NCBI GenBank assembly: GCA_964557535.1
Contig: CAZLAD010000002.1
Coordinates: 85,560-149,559, forward strand
DNA from: an uncultured Candidatus Saccharibacteria bacterium
GTDB lineage: Bacteria > Patescibacteriota > Minisyncoccia > Phycocordibacterales > CSBR16-119
Length of the DNA: 64,000 nt
Direction: 5' to 3'
The notes beneath the pieces were generated by a model. It saw nothing but the letters and a program-made list of their open reading frames with translations. It ran no database searches and was not told where the DNA came from. Positions 10,724 to 18,967 of this stretch are shown here, in pieces; the stretch's first letter is position 1; every line of letters begins with the position of its first letter. The translations under genes and the position numbers were made by a program.

Positions 10724-11788
10724 TTATAACAATGCTTCAAAACTTTTTTTGTTGAACGCATGATAACGTGCGTCTTCGACACTAATTTCACCCCGACGAA
10801 CCAAATCAAGAAGTGAGTGATTCATATCAATCATGCCCTGTTGAGAACTGGTCTCGATAATCAAATCTATCTCATGAGTACGATTTTCACGGATAAGATT
10901 TGCTACGGCTTTGTTGTTGATCAAAAGTTCGTAAGCCGGCACAAGTCCGCCGTTGATACGAGGGATAAGCCTCTGAGAGAAAATTCCTGCCAAAGAATTC
11001 GCAAGTTGTGACCTAGCTTGGTCTTGTTGTTCTGCAGGAAAAGAGTCGATGATACGATCGATTGTCTGTGAAGCGTTGTTGGTGTGAAGCGTTGAAATAA
11101 CCAAATGACCTGTTTCGGCGGCAGTTACGGCCGCAGAAATAGTGTCGCGACTACGCATTTCGCCAATCATCAAAACATTTGCATCCTGGCGAAACGCGGA
11201 TTTCAAGGCTGTGGCAAAAGTTTGGGTGTCGATTCCGACTTCTCGCTGATCGATGATGGATTTTTTGGATTCAAACAAATATTCGATTGGTTCTTCGATA
11301 GTGATGATGTGCTCAGATCGTTCGTTGTTGATGAGATCTATTATCGAAGCCATTGTGGTCGATTTACCCTGTCCGACTGGACCAACAATCAGGAAAAATC
11401 CTTGTTTTATTCTGGCAAATTCTGCCAAGGACGGCGGAAGTCCGAGTTCGGCAAAAGTTTTGACCTGTGGGATAAGTCGAAGAGCGATTCCGATTTTACC
11501 TTTTTGAAAATACGCATTTCCGCGCAGACGATTTGTTTTTTGGTAATTGTAAGCGAAATCAATTTCCTGATTTACTAAAAATTCCTGAAATTTTTTATCA
11601 TCGCCAATCATGTGTTTTATCATGGCGATGACCTCTTCTTGCCCAAGAGGTTCTTGGTTGACCATCGGCACTAACTGAGTCGCGACTCTGATGTTCGGTA
11701 CTCTATCGGTTGCCAAATGCAAATCAGAACCGTTGGCAACAACGACCTGTTCGATTAAATTTTGTAATTTTTGAACTGCTGAATCCAT
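10724..11788 (-). CDS. pilT: twitching motility ATPase PilT
   Basis: Walker A GPVGQGKSTT. Asp box and His box LVISTLHTNNASQTIDRI. 354 aa. Confidence 0.9.
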   Translation of the reverse strand: MDSAVQKLQNLIEQVVVANGSDLHLATDRVPNIRVATQLVPMVNQEPLGQEEVIAMIKHMIGDDKKFQEFLVNQEIDFAYNYQKTNRLRGNAYFQKGKIGIALRLIPQVKTFAELGLPPSLAEFARIKQGFFLIVGPVGQGKSTTMASIIDLINNERSEHIITIEEPIEYLFESKKSIIDQREVGIDTQTFATALKSAFRQDANVLMIGEMRSRDTISAAVTAAETGHLVISTLHTNNASQTIDRIIDSFPAEQQDQARSQLANSLAGIFSQRLIPRINGGLVPAYELLINNKAVANLIRENRTHEIDLIIETSSQQGMIDMNHSLLDLVRRGEISVEDARYHAFNKKSFEALL

Positions 11789-11817
11789 CCCGTTAGAGAT
11801 AGCAAACTTTCGTTTGC
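11789..11817 (-). promoter_or_regulatory. proximal half of the leader-helix motif (AUCUCUAACGGG-AUG) plus hairpin GCAAAC-GAAA-GUUUGC upstream of pilT
   Basis: CCCGTTAGAGAT sits directly 3' of the pilT start codon on the plus strand. The hairpin co-varies with the pilN copy. Confidence 0.5.
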
Positions 11818-11869
11818 GTATCTAATTTATTATTTTGTAAATAATCGACGACCATCTGATTTAATCTAA

Positions 11870-13618
11870 TTAAAACTTATAAACTTCAGTTATCGGAATT
11901 TGGCCGTTTACAGCCTTGATCAAAGCATCTTCTTTCATCGTAAGCATTCCCTTTGATCTAACAACGGCGTGAATGTCGAGCTCTGTCGGTGATTTCAATA
12001 TTGCCGACTCAACGTCTTTGTCTACTTCAAACATTTCAAAAATCGCCATACGTCCTCTTGTTCCCGAAGGACAGGTTGCTGAAGGCACTGTCTTAATCAT
12101 TTTATCACCTATTTTTATTTTTGCTCTATGTTCTGCTGGAAAATCAGCAAATTCTTTGTTGATAATTGCAGAAATAGATTCATCCATAGGCACTTCTTCG
12201 CGTGCATCTTCGCAGGTCTTCTTTGCAAGTCTCTGAGCAATCGCGAGTACAAGTGTCGGTGCAATCAAAAATGGATCAACACCCATGTCGATAAGACGTG
12301 GGATTGCTCCAGCTGAGTTGTTGGTGTGGAGCGTCGATAATACCAAGTGACCGGTCAATGCCGCTTGTATGGCAAGTGAGGCCGTTTCCTTGTCGCGAAT
12401 TTCTCCAACAAGAATAACGTCCGGATCTTGGCGCAAAATTGAACGAAGTCCCGAGGCAAAAGTATACCCGATTTCCGGCATAACCTGAGACTGACTAACG
12501 CCGTCGACATGATATTCGACTGGATCTTCAAGGGAGACGACGTTTTTGGATTCGCGATCGATTTCGTTTAGCATGGCGTATAGGGTCGTAGTTTTACCGG
12601 AACCTGTCGGACCCGTAATCAAAACAATTCCGTAAGGCACTTCTAGTGCGCGCTTCACCATCTCTAGATGTTCTGAAGTCATATCGAGATCTTCCAGACT
12701 TTTTACGCCCTTTTCTGCATCCAAAATTCGCATAACGACTTTTTCTCCATAATACGCAGGGAAAGTCGAAACACGTAAATCAATTTTGCGTCCATCAATT
12801 TTTGCCGTGAATCCACCGTCTTGGGGTTTGCGTTTTTCGTCGAGACGGAGTTTGGATAGTATTTTTATACGCGCGACAACCCCAGAATAGACATTTAGGG
12901 GGAGAGTGAGCGAGGTGTGCAATTCCCCATCAACACGAAAACGGACTTTGACTTCTTTGCCGGTATTTTCGATATGAATATCAGAAGCCATTCCTTCGAC
13001 AGCGTGGCGTAAAATGACGGCGACGACTTTGATGATAGGTGCTTCTTCGACAATCTTTCTCTCGTCGACTTCCTCGGCTTCGGTCTCAGAAATTCTCGAA
13101 CCCTTGGCATTCTTTTGATCTCTCATTTGGGCTTCGGCTTGAGACAACTCGGTATCAAGATCCGAAAGGGCCTGATCAACCTCTCCGGTCATTCCTCGAT
13201 AGCTATCCAAAACAGCGTCATAGGTCTTTTTGGTTATAACAAAAAGTTTATATGGGAGTTCATTTCTAGAAGAAATAAATTGTAAAGCATCAAGCGAATC
13301 GGTTCTGGCGGGATTGACGATTCCCACTTCCAAAACTTTATCTTTGAGTCCAACCGGCACGAACCCATACTGACGAGCTGAATCTTCGGATAGATACTCC
13401 AAAACCCTAGGGTCAAGTTCTTTTTGAGTAACAGACTTTGAAGGAATGCCAAAGAACTGGCTCTTGAAAGCAAGTAGTGCTTCATCATCGATATCTGTTT
13501 CTTTGGCCAAAGCCTCATCGACGTCACCGTTGTATTTTTTTTGAGCAGCTGTGGAAACCCGTGCCAACAACTCTGGCGTCAAAAGACCTTGTTTGACGAG
13601 TCCCTCAAGAAAACTCAT
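11870..13618 (-). CDS. pilB: type IV pilus assembly ATPase PilB (GspE family)
   Basis: Walker A TGPTGSGKTTT. LVLSTLHTNNSAGAIPRL. N-terminal GSPII domain. 582 aa. Confidence 0.92.
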   Translation of the reverse strand: MSFLEGLVKQGLLTPELLARVSTAAQKKYNGDVDEALAKETDIDDEALLAFKSQFFGIPSKSVTQKELDPRVLEYLSEDSARQYGFVPVGLKDKVLEVGIVNPARTDSLDALQFISSRNELPYKLFVITKKTYDAVLDSYRGMTGEVDQALSDLDTELSQAEAQMRDQKNAKGSRISETEAEEVDERKIVEEAPIIKVVAVILRHAVEGMASDIHIENTGKEVKVRFRVDGELHTSLTLPLNVYSGVVARIKILSKLRLDEKRKPQDGGFTAKIDGRKIDLRVSTFPAYYGEKVVMRILDAEKGVKSLEDLDMTSEHLEMVKRALEVPYGIVLITGPTGSGKTTTLYAMLNEIDRESKNVVSLEDPVEYHVDGVSQSQVMPEIGYTFASGLRSILRQDPDVILVGEIRDKETASLAIQAALTGHLVLSTLHTNNSAGAIPRLIDMGVDPFLIAPTLVLAIAQRLAKKTCEDAREEVPMDESISAIINKEFADFPAEHRAKIKIGDKMIKTVPSATCPSGTRGRMAIFEMFEVDKDVESAILKSPTELDIHAVVRSKGMLTMKEDALIKAVNGQIPITEVYKF

Positions 13619-13691
13619 ATTAAAAAGAGGTTAAATTTTCTAATATTCCATGAACAACGACTTTTGATTGTAAATTCTTTACTGACATAAT

Positions 13692-14423
13692 TTACATATT
13701 TCTTTGAATAAATTCACCAAAAGCGTTTTTGTCTTCACTTGAAATTGTTCCGCCAAGTACCTCAACTGTCACATTTTTCAAACAGGTTTTTGTTGACACA
13801 CCATACTGAAAAGCGCCAAACGAACCAGTAGTGCAAGAAGATTGTGGTCCACCATAAACAACCGACAAACCATTTGGTAACTTAAACGTATAACCAACTA
13901 TCGGCGGTGGTGTTACGCCCTGCGCGCTGTAATTTATAGTAGTCGGTGTCCAAGAACTAGGATAAAAAATATCGGTATTACCAAGTTTTACAGCACTCCA
14001 CGCCTCCGGACCAGGAGTAAATATGACATCTCCTCCAGACCCCAAACCAGTATCAGTATTGTCAGCTCCAAAAGGGGCAAATGGATTTGGACGACCTTCG
14101 TTGCCCGGCTGGACAAGCGTGATACTGAAATCTTGTAGTGACTGGAAAGCGAGTGAGGAAAAAATATCATCATTTAATTTAATAGCTTTTAGATTGATTA
14201 GCTGATTGACAAACTCTTGGCTAATCTTGTTGGCTTCTGCTCCTGTTAGGGGGTTTGGATTTACAATTGAACTAACTGGACTACTGCCGGCCGAGGTTTC
14301 GAGGGTGTTGTTTGGTGTCACCGTCTGAACATTTTTTGTTTTACCGAAAAATAGAAAATACGCCAGTCCCAACAGAGCCAAAATTATAACGAAGATTATT
14401 ATGTTTTTGATATTCTTACCCAT
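13692..14423 (-). CDS. membrane-anchored hypothetical protein in the pilus operon
   Basis: N-terminal TM helix, Ser/Thr/Gly-rich extracellular region. Sits between pilO and pilB. Confidence 0.55.
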   Translation of the reverse strand: MGKNIKNIIIFVIILALLGLAYFLFFGKTKNVQTVTPNNTLETSAGSSPVSSIVNPNPLTGAEANKISQEFVNQLINLKAIKLNDDIFSSLAFQSLQDFSITLVQPGNEGRPNPFAPFGADNTDTGLGSGGDVIFTPGPEAWSAVKLGNTDIFYPSSWTPTTINYSAQGVTPPPIVGYTFKLPNGLSVVYGGPQSSCTTGSFGAFQYGVSTKTCLKNVTVEVLGGTISSEDKNAFGEFIQRNM

Positions 14424-14426
14424 TTT

Positions 14427-15068
14427 TTAATCCTTAAGACGATAAGTATTAATCTTGAACAAATATTTATATTGATCGGTATAAACTTTGTCCTTTTCAG
14501 AAGTTCCTGGGGTGAAAGTAATAGACTGAATATCGATCAGACGCAAACTTCTCTCCATCAGCCCCATAAAAGCCACGAAATCTTTGTATGAACCCTCGAC
14601 AGAAAATTGAAGTTCGAAAATATCGTAATCCAAGTTGTCTGTTGGCGATACGGCTGTTCGACGAACCGGCGTGGTCGCTGTAGTAGAAGTTGTTGAGGCG
14701 GTGTTTTCTGTTGATCCTTCTGGTTTTTCTTCTTCCTCTTCCACGAATTGCTTTGGCTCAAATTGGACGTTTCTGACAACGATGCCTTGGTTGGAGGCTT
14801 GTTCTTGGATCTCTAAAATAAGTTTGATGTTATCAACAGTGTCTGGTAACATTTTTTCTAATTTTGCCAAATCTTCTGGGGCAAAACTATTCAATTTGGT
14901 GGTCAAACGATCGCGTTCTTTTTGGAGGTTTGCAGAATTTTGTAGGGCTTGCTCGTAAGCCTCACTCTCCTTCTGGATAGTTTCGATTTCAGAATATATG
15001 GGTTTTGTAATAAGGATAAATCCCCCGATTCCAACCCCTATTAAAACTATTGGTAATAACCATTTCAT
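14427..15068 (-). CDS. pilO: PilO-like pilus assembly protein
   Basis: N-terminal TM, coiled-coil, acidic low-complexity linker. Position in pilMNO. Confidence 0.6.
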   Translation of the reverse strand: MKWLLPIVLIGVGIGGFILITKPIYSEIETIQKESEAYEQALQNSANLQKERDRLTTKLNSFAPEDLAKLEKMLPDTVDNIKLILEIQEQASNQGIVVRNVQFEPKQFVEEEEEKPEGSTENTASTTSTTATTPVRRTAVSPTDNLDYDIFELQFSVEGSYKDFVAFMGLMERSLRLIDIQSITFTPGTSEKDKVYTDQYKYLFKINTYRLKD

Positions 15069-15071
15069 AAA

Positions 15072-15767
15072 TTAACTTTGATTAGGCATCACATTAGAAG
15101 CATCATCTGTTGGTAATGTTGGCGATACGGGCAATGTTTCGGGTATTATTTCTGGCTCGTTCAATGATTGCTGTCTTTCTAGGAAAGATTCATACACGAC
15201 CAGAGACTTGTCCACAGAAAAAGTTAGGTTGAAAGAAATGTTCCCGAACTGATCAAGTGTAAAACTAGAAAATATTGGATTTTTAATGAAATTATTTTGA
15301 GCAAAGAGATCCGACTGCAATGCAATATAATTATAACCTTTTGCTTGACCGTTTATCTTTATATTAACAAGATTTGGATTTTGTTTATTGAATTCATAAG
15401 AGAAATCAGAATAACGAACTGTCGGAAGAGTAATTTCACCCAAAAGAGAAAATATAGGTGAAACAGCAACATGATTATCTAAAATTATCGTAGACGCCTT
15501 CATGCGCTTATCTAGAAGTTGGAGTTTTGTTATAAGTGTTGGCTCAAAAGCCGCTTTCGCTCTGACCAAAGATTCTTTGTAGGACTCCAGAGTATTTAAA
15601 AGAGAAGAACGATAGAAATAAACCCCTCCGGCACCCAAAATTGAAGCGATAAAAATCAAAAGCGCCAAAAGATTTAATAGACCACCAAAACCACCCCCCG
15701 AACGCTTTGGTTCGCGCTCTGCTATCGTTTTTTTAGGTACAAAAGATGTTTGAAATTCTTTATCCAT
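15072..15767 (-). CDS. pilN: PilN-like pilus assembly protein
   Basis: Single N-terminal TM after a basic cytoplasmic segment, periplasmic domain. Follows pilM. Confidence 0.6.
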   Translation of the reverse strand: MDKEFQTSFVPKKTIAEREPKRSGGGFGGLLNLLALLIFIASILGAGGVYFYRSSLLNTLESYKESLVRAKAAFEPTLITKLQLLDKRMKASTIILDNHVAVSPIFSLLGEITLPTVRYSDFSYEFNKQNPNLVNIKINGQAKGYNYIALQSDLFAQNNFIKNPIFSSFTLDQFGNISFNLTFSVDKSLVVYESFLERQQSLNEPEIIPETLPVSPTLPTDDASNVMPNQS

Positions 15768-15883
15768 CCCGTTAGAGATAGCAAATCTTTAGATTTGCGT
15801 ATCTTTTTTATTATTCTTTGAGTAATTCACGACCATATTTTTGTATCTTTTGTGATTAACTTTAACTATAACATCTCTAACGG
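15768..15883 (-). promoter_or_regulatory. structured 5' leader upstream of pilN, closed by the 12/11-bp helix CCGUUAGAGAU ... AUCUCUAACGGG, ending directly at the AUG
   Basis: Plus-strand CCCGTTAGAGAT at 15768-15779 and ATCTCTAACGG at 15873-15883. Internal hairpin GCAAAUC-UAAA-GAUUUGC. TAGAAT sits 10 nt upstream of the distal half. Confidence 0.6.
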
Positions 15884-15896
15884 TATCCATAAAATT

Positions 15897-17036
15897 CTAT
15901 ACTAATTCTCTGAGTGCGAGTCCAGCTGCAACTCCAAACTCTGGACCAGATTCAGCTAAAATGTTTTCCAGAAACGCCGGTGCTTCGATCTGCGCAAATG
16001 AATTACCCATTGATACTTCTGTTCCGAATTTTTCCTTTGCTATCGGCAGAATACCTTTTAACAAAACTCCGCCACCAGTAAGTATAACTTTGTCGATGCT
16101 TTTATTATACTTCTTTTCATAATTCAACACCACATTACCTGCTTCAAAAAAAATATAATCAAGCGTCGATTGTATAACGGCAGACGCTTTAGGTTGTTTA
16201 GGATTATCATTTAATCCAAATTCTTTTTTCATATTTTCAGCATCATGAAAACTCAAACCCAAAGCCGTAACCATAGAGGCGGTGATATCGTGCGAGCCAC
16301 GATTAATTATGTGGAAGTCCTGAATAATGCCACGATCGACTATTGAAATCTTAGTTTTGGCTGCACCAATATCGAGTACCATCGATGTAGCGAGATCTCG
16401 TCCGAGACTTGAGCGCACAGAAGAAAACATTTCAATCTCAAAAAATTCCGTCGAGAGTTTGGCGTCAGCCACGAGACTTTTGTACTTATCGAGCGCTTCA
16501 TTGTGAATTGCGGCAACCAGTACTTTGGTTTTTTCTTGTTGCATATCGCCCGTGGTTGGTTTGTCTGAATCGTCTGTTAAATTATCGAGCGGACGTTTTG
16601 GCACAAGCCACCAATCAATAGACACTTCAGTGATTGGAACGGGAATGTAACGCCTGGCTTCGTTGTAAATAATCGAAGAAATATCTTTTTCATTTATATT
16701 TCCTGGAAGCTCCACTAGAAAAACAAGAGAGGCTGACGCGGGTATCGACATGGCGGAGTTATGAGTTGTTATATTTGCTTCCAGAAACAAATCATTCAGG
16801 GCTTTGACCAGCGCCTCTTCTGGGACAGATATTACTTGTCCGGCCTCGCCTTCTGCGTATGGGGCAACAGAAATAGAACCGTAAGTTTCCAAAACTGCTC
16901 TACCAGAAACTTTCTTGATCTGAACAACTTTTATAGCCGAAGCACCAACATCAATACCAATGACGCTTCCGCTGGAACCACTTTTTAAAACCCCAGAGAG
17001 TTTACCCAAGAGCCCTTTTAGCACTCCTTCTAACAT
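15897..17036 (-). CDS. pilM: type IV pilus assembly ATPase-like protein PilM (actin/FtsA fold)
   Basis: IGIDVGASAIKVVQI phosphate-1 motif, FtsA-like. 379 aa. Confidence 0.85.
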   Translation of the reverse strand: MLEGVLKGLLGKLSGVLKSGSSGSVIGIDVGASAIKVVQIKKVSGRAVLETYGSISVAPYAEGEAGQVISVPEEALVKALNDLFLEANITTHNSAMSIPASASLVFLVELPGNINEKDISSIIYNEARRYIPVPITEVSIDWWLVPKRPLDNLTDDSDKPTTGDMQQEKTKVLVAAIHNEALDKYKSLVADAKLSTEFFEIEMFSSVRSSLGRDLATSMVLDIGAAKTKISIVDRGIIQDFHIINRGSHDITASMVTALGLSFHDAENMKKEFGLNDNPKQPKASAVIQSTLDYIFFEAGNVVLNYEKKYNKSIDKVILTGGGVLLKGILPIAKEKFGTEVSMGNSFAQIEAPAFLENILAESGPEFGVAAGLALRELV

Positions 17037-17093
17037 ATATAGTAAAATTGTATCACAATATAATGATTGATATGGTTAAATTTGTTGATAATT

Positions 17094-17741
17094 ATGAGGA
17101 GTTTGATTAAAAAATTCTTTGCTAGCCTCTTTCCCGCCAAATGCGTGGTCTGTCGATCTTTTGGAACATTTATTTGTGAAAAAGATTTACGACAAATTCC
17201 CTTGTGCGCCAGACCAGACAAGGATTGGATTATTTCTGTTTGGAGCTACAAAAGCCCAGTGATTAAAAAACTTCTCTGGATGCTTAAATTTGAAAACAAG
17301 TTTGCCGTCATCGATGATATCGGCCAAAGTCTTTACGATCACCTCTTTGATGAGCTCACCGAACGGAGTATTTTTGACAATACCCAATCCCCAATTCTCG
17401 TCCCCATTCCACTTTCAAAGAAAAGTTTGCGTCGTCGCGGATACAACCAGTCAGAAATAATCGCAAAAGACCTAAGCGTGCGAAGTCAGGATAGATTGGT
17501 TGTAGAAAATATTTTGAAAAAAATAAAAGAAACGCCGACACAACATTCGATAAAAAATCGCAGTGTTAGGTTGCGAAATCTTCAAAATTCTTTTGCGATT
17601 AAAGATGACGTGTCGTTAAAAGGTAAAAATATAATTCTCGTTGATGACATAACGACTACGCACGCAACGCTTGTCGAAGCCAGACGAACGCTCAAAAACG
17701 CCGGAGCACGGAGCGTGATTGGATTTACCGTGGCGCACTAA
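17094..17741 (+). CDS. comFC: ComF-family phosphoribosyltransferase (competence protein ComFC-like)
   Basis: N-terminal Cys pairs (CVVCRS...C), C-terminal PRTase motif ILVDDITTTHATL. ATG at 17094 (MRSLIKKF); the track start at 17067 is a TTG. Confidence 0.8.
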   Translation: MRSLIKKFFASLFPAKCVVCRSFGTFICEKDLRQIPLCARPDKDWIISVWSYKSPVIKKLLWMLKFENKFAVIDDIGQSLYDHLFDELTERSIFDNTQSPILVPIPLSKKSLRRRGYNQSEIIAKDLSVRSQDRLVVENILKKIKETPTQHSIKNRSVRLRNLQNSFAIKDDVSLKGKNIILVDDITTTHATLVEARRTLKNAGARSVIGFTVAH

Positions 17742-17937
17742 TGGCGCTTTGTAGAACTTGAATTTTCTAACTCCAAAGAAGCGGGTTTTTGATGTTCTTG
17801 TACTTCCCGATCATCGATCTTCTATTTCTCACGAATATATTTTAGCATGTCTAAATAGTCGGTTTTTGTTTCGAATATCACCTGCTCGCGCGCCGACACC
17901 TCAATCAAATGACAAAAGTCATTTTCTTGAGTCATTG

Positions 17938-18024
17938 CGGAGACGAGAGGATTCGAACCTCCGAGGGCTTTTACACCCTACCTCGTTAGCAGTGAGGCGC
18001 TTTCGACCACTCAGCCACGTCTCC
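17938..18024 (-). tRNA. tRNA-Ser (anticodon GCU), class II with long variable arm
   Basis: Reverse complement folds as acceptor GGAGACG/CGTCTCC, D-loop GAGTGGTCGAA, anticodon loop CUGCUAA, long variable arm, T-loop GGAGGTTCGAATCCTCT. No encoded CCA. Confidence 0.85.
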
Positions 18025-18182
18025 ATGAGGCTCACATTAACATAAAATATGTGTATAATAAACCCGCGTAAATGGATGATTGGATGAGATGGGCAAGACA
18101 CAAACTGCTTTGTGTCGAGCCGGAGCCGAAAGCTCCGACCACGAATCCAATTGTCCCGAAGGGCGACAACGCAAAGCATGTT

Positions 18183-18269
18183 GGAGGATTGGATGAGTGG
18201 TTTAAATCAGCGGTTTACTAAACCGCCGGCTGGTAAAACGGCCCGTGAGTTCGAATCTCACATCCTCCG
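18183..18269 (+). tRNA. class II (Ser-like) tRNA with apparent ACU anticodon (unusual; possible pseudo- or atypical tRNA)
   Basis: Acceptor GGAGGAT/ATCCTCC, T-arm GTGAG-TTCGAAT-CTCAC, anticodon arm GCGGT-UUACUAA-ACCGC, long variable arm. Shares the GAGTGGT D-loop with the neighbouring tRNA-Ser. Confidence 0.6.
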
Positions 18270-18289
18270 CAAATTTTCTAAAAAAGCAA

Positions 18290-18311
18290 CCCCGGGCACT
18301 GTGGCCCGGGG
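18290..18311 (-). terminator. GC hairpin CCCCGGGC-ACUGUG-GCCCGGGG followed (minus strand) by a U-tract
   Basis: 8-bp GC stem. The minus strand continues UUGCUUUUUUAG. Lies 25 nt downstream of the small minus-strand ORF. Confidence 0.6.
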
Positions 18312-18335
18312 TATGAGGAGGTTGACCCTCTCGGA

Positions 18336-18446
18336 TCAACTACCAATGGTTAAAATCATGCACAGACAGATGAGGAAGACTACCACGAAAAGTCTTGGTC
18401 TCGTGGTGATCTCATCAAACAGATGCCAGCTGTACTCGGTCTTCAT
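18336..18446 (-). CDS. 36-aa hydrophobic peptide (MKTEYSWHLFDEITTRPRLFVVVFLICLCMILTIGS), candidate small membrane protein or type-I-toxin-like
   Basis: Not in the ORF track (under 60 aa). ATG 18446, TGA 18336-18338. Preceded by TTGACC-N16-TATTAT (18466-18493, minus strand) and followed by the terminator at 18290-18311. Confidence 0.35.
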   Translation of the reverse strand: MKTEYSWHLFDEITTRPRLFVVVFLICLCMILTIGS

Positions 18447-18465
18447 GGTGGTGTGGTTTTCCTTC

Positions 18466-18493
18466 ATAATACCCCAAAAGCAAATTTGGTCAA
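18466..18493 (-). promoter_or_regulatory. sigma70-like promoter TTGACC-N16-TATTAT
   Basis: The minus-strand -35 (18488-18493) and -10 (18466-18471) match the consensus. A G-tract block GGGTGTGGGGGTAAGGGGAGAGG lies just upstream. Confidence 0.45.
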
Positions 18494-18659
18494 GATTTAC
18501 CCCCATTTTCCTCTCCCCTTACCCCCACACCCATATTTATGTTTTTTAGGATGTTGTACGTTAGTTATTCTCTGAATATAGGTTTGGACTTGCACTCTCT
18601 AGGGGGAAATAGTGTATAATTAAAGGCGTTAGTAATTTATCAATTTATTTAAGGAAATT

Positions 18660-18920
18660 ATGCCAGCAAAAAAAGCAAACTCTGCATTTATGAAGCCGAT
18701 GACAATCTCTGCTGAACTAGCAGAAGTTGTCGGAAAAGGCCCAATGCCTCGTTCCGAAGTCGTCAAAGCTCTCTGGGCTTACATCAAGAAGAACGATCTT
18801 CAAGATCCAAAGAACAAGAGAAATATCAACGCTGATGCCAAACTCCAAGCCGTATTCGGTGGAAAGAAAGTAGTCAACATGTTTGAGATGACAAAGCTTG
18901 TCTCAAAACACCTTTCTTAA
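18660..18920 (+). CDS. SWIB/MDM2 domain protein
   Basis: 86 aa, ...VVKALWAYIKKNDLQDPKNKRNINADAKLQAVFGG...MFEMTKLVSKHL, typical of the SWIB fold. Confidence 0.7.
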   Translation: MPAKKANSAFMKPMTISAELAEVVGKGPMPRSEVVKALWAYIKKNDLQDPKNKRNINADAKLQAVFGGKKVVNMFEMTKLVSKHLS

Positions 18921-18929
18921 TCTTCCGTA

Positions 18930-18963
18930 GCAATCAAAAAATCCCCGTGAGGGGATTTTTTGA
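18930..18963. terminator. bidirectional rho-independent terminator AAAAAATCCCCGTGAGGGGATTTTTT
   Basis: Perfect hairpin with an A-tract on one side and a T-tract on the other, between convergent genes. Confidence 0.85.
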
Positions 18964-18967
18964 TTGC

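Noticed and set aside
18112-18549. 145-aa plus-strand ORF
   Set aside because: It runs through the ACU-anticodon tRNA and a terminator hairpin and has no coding character. It is spurious.
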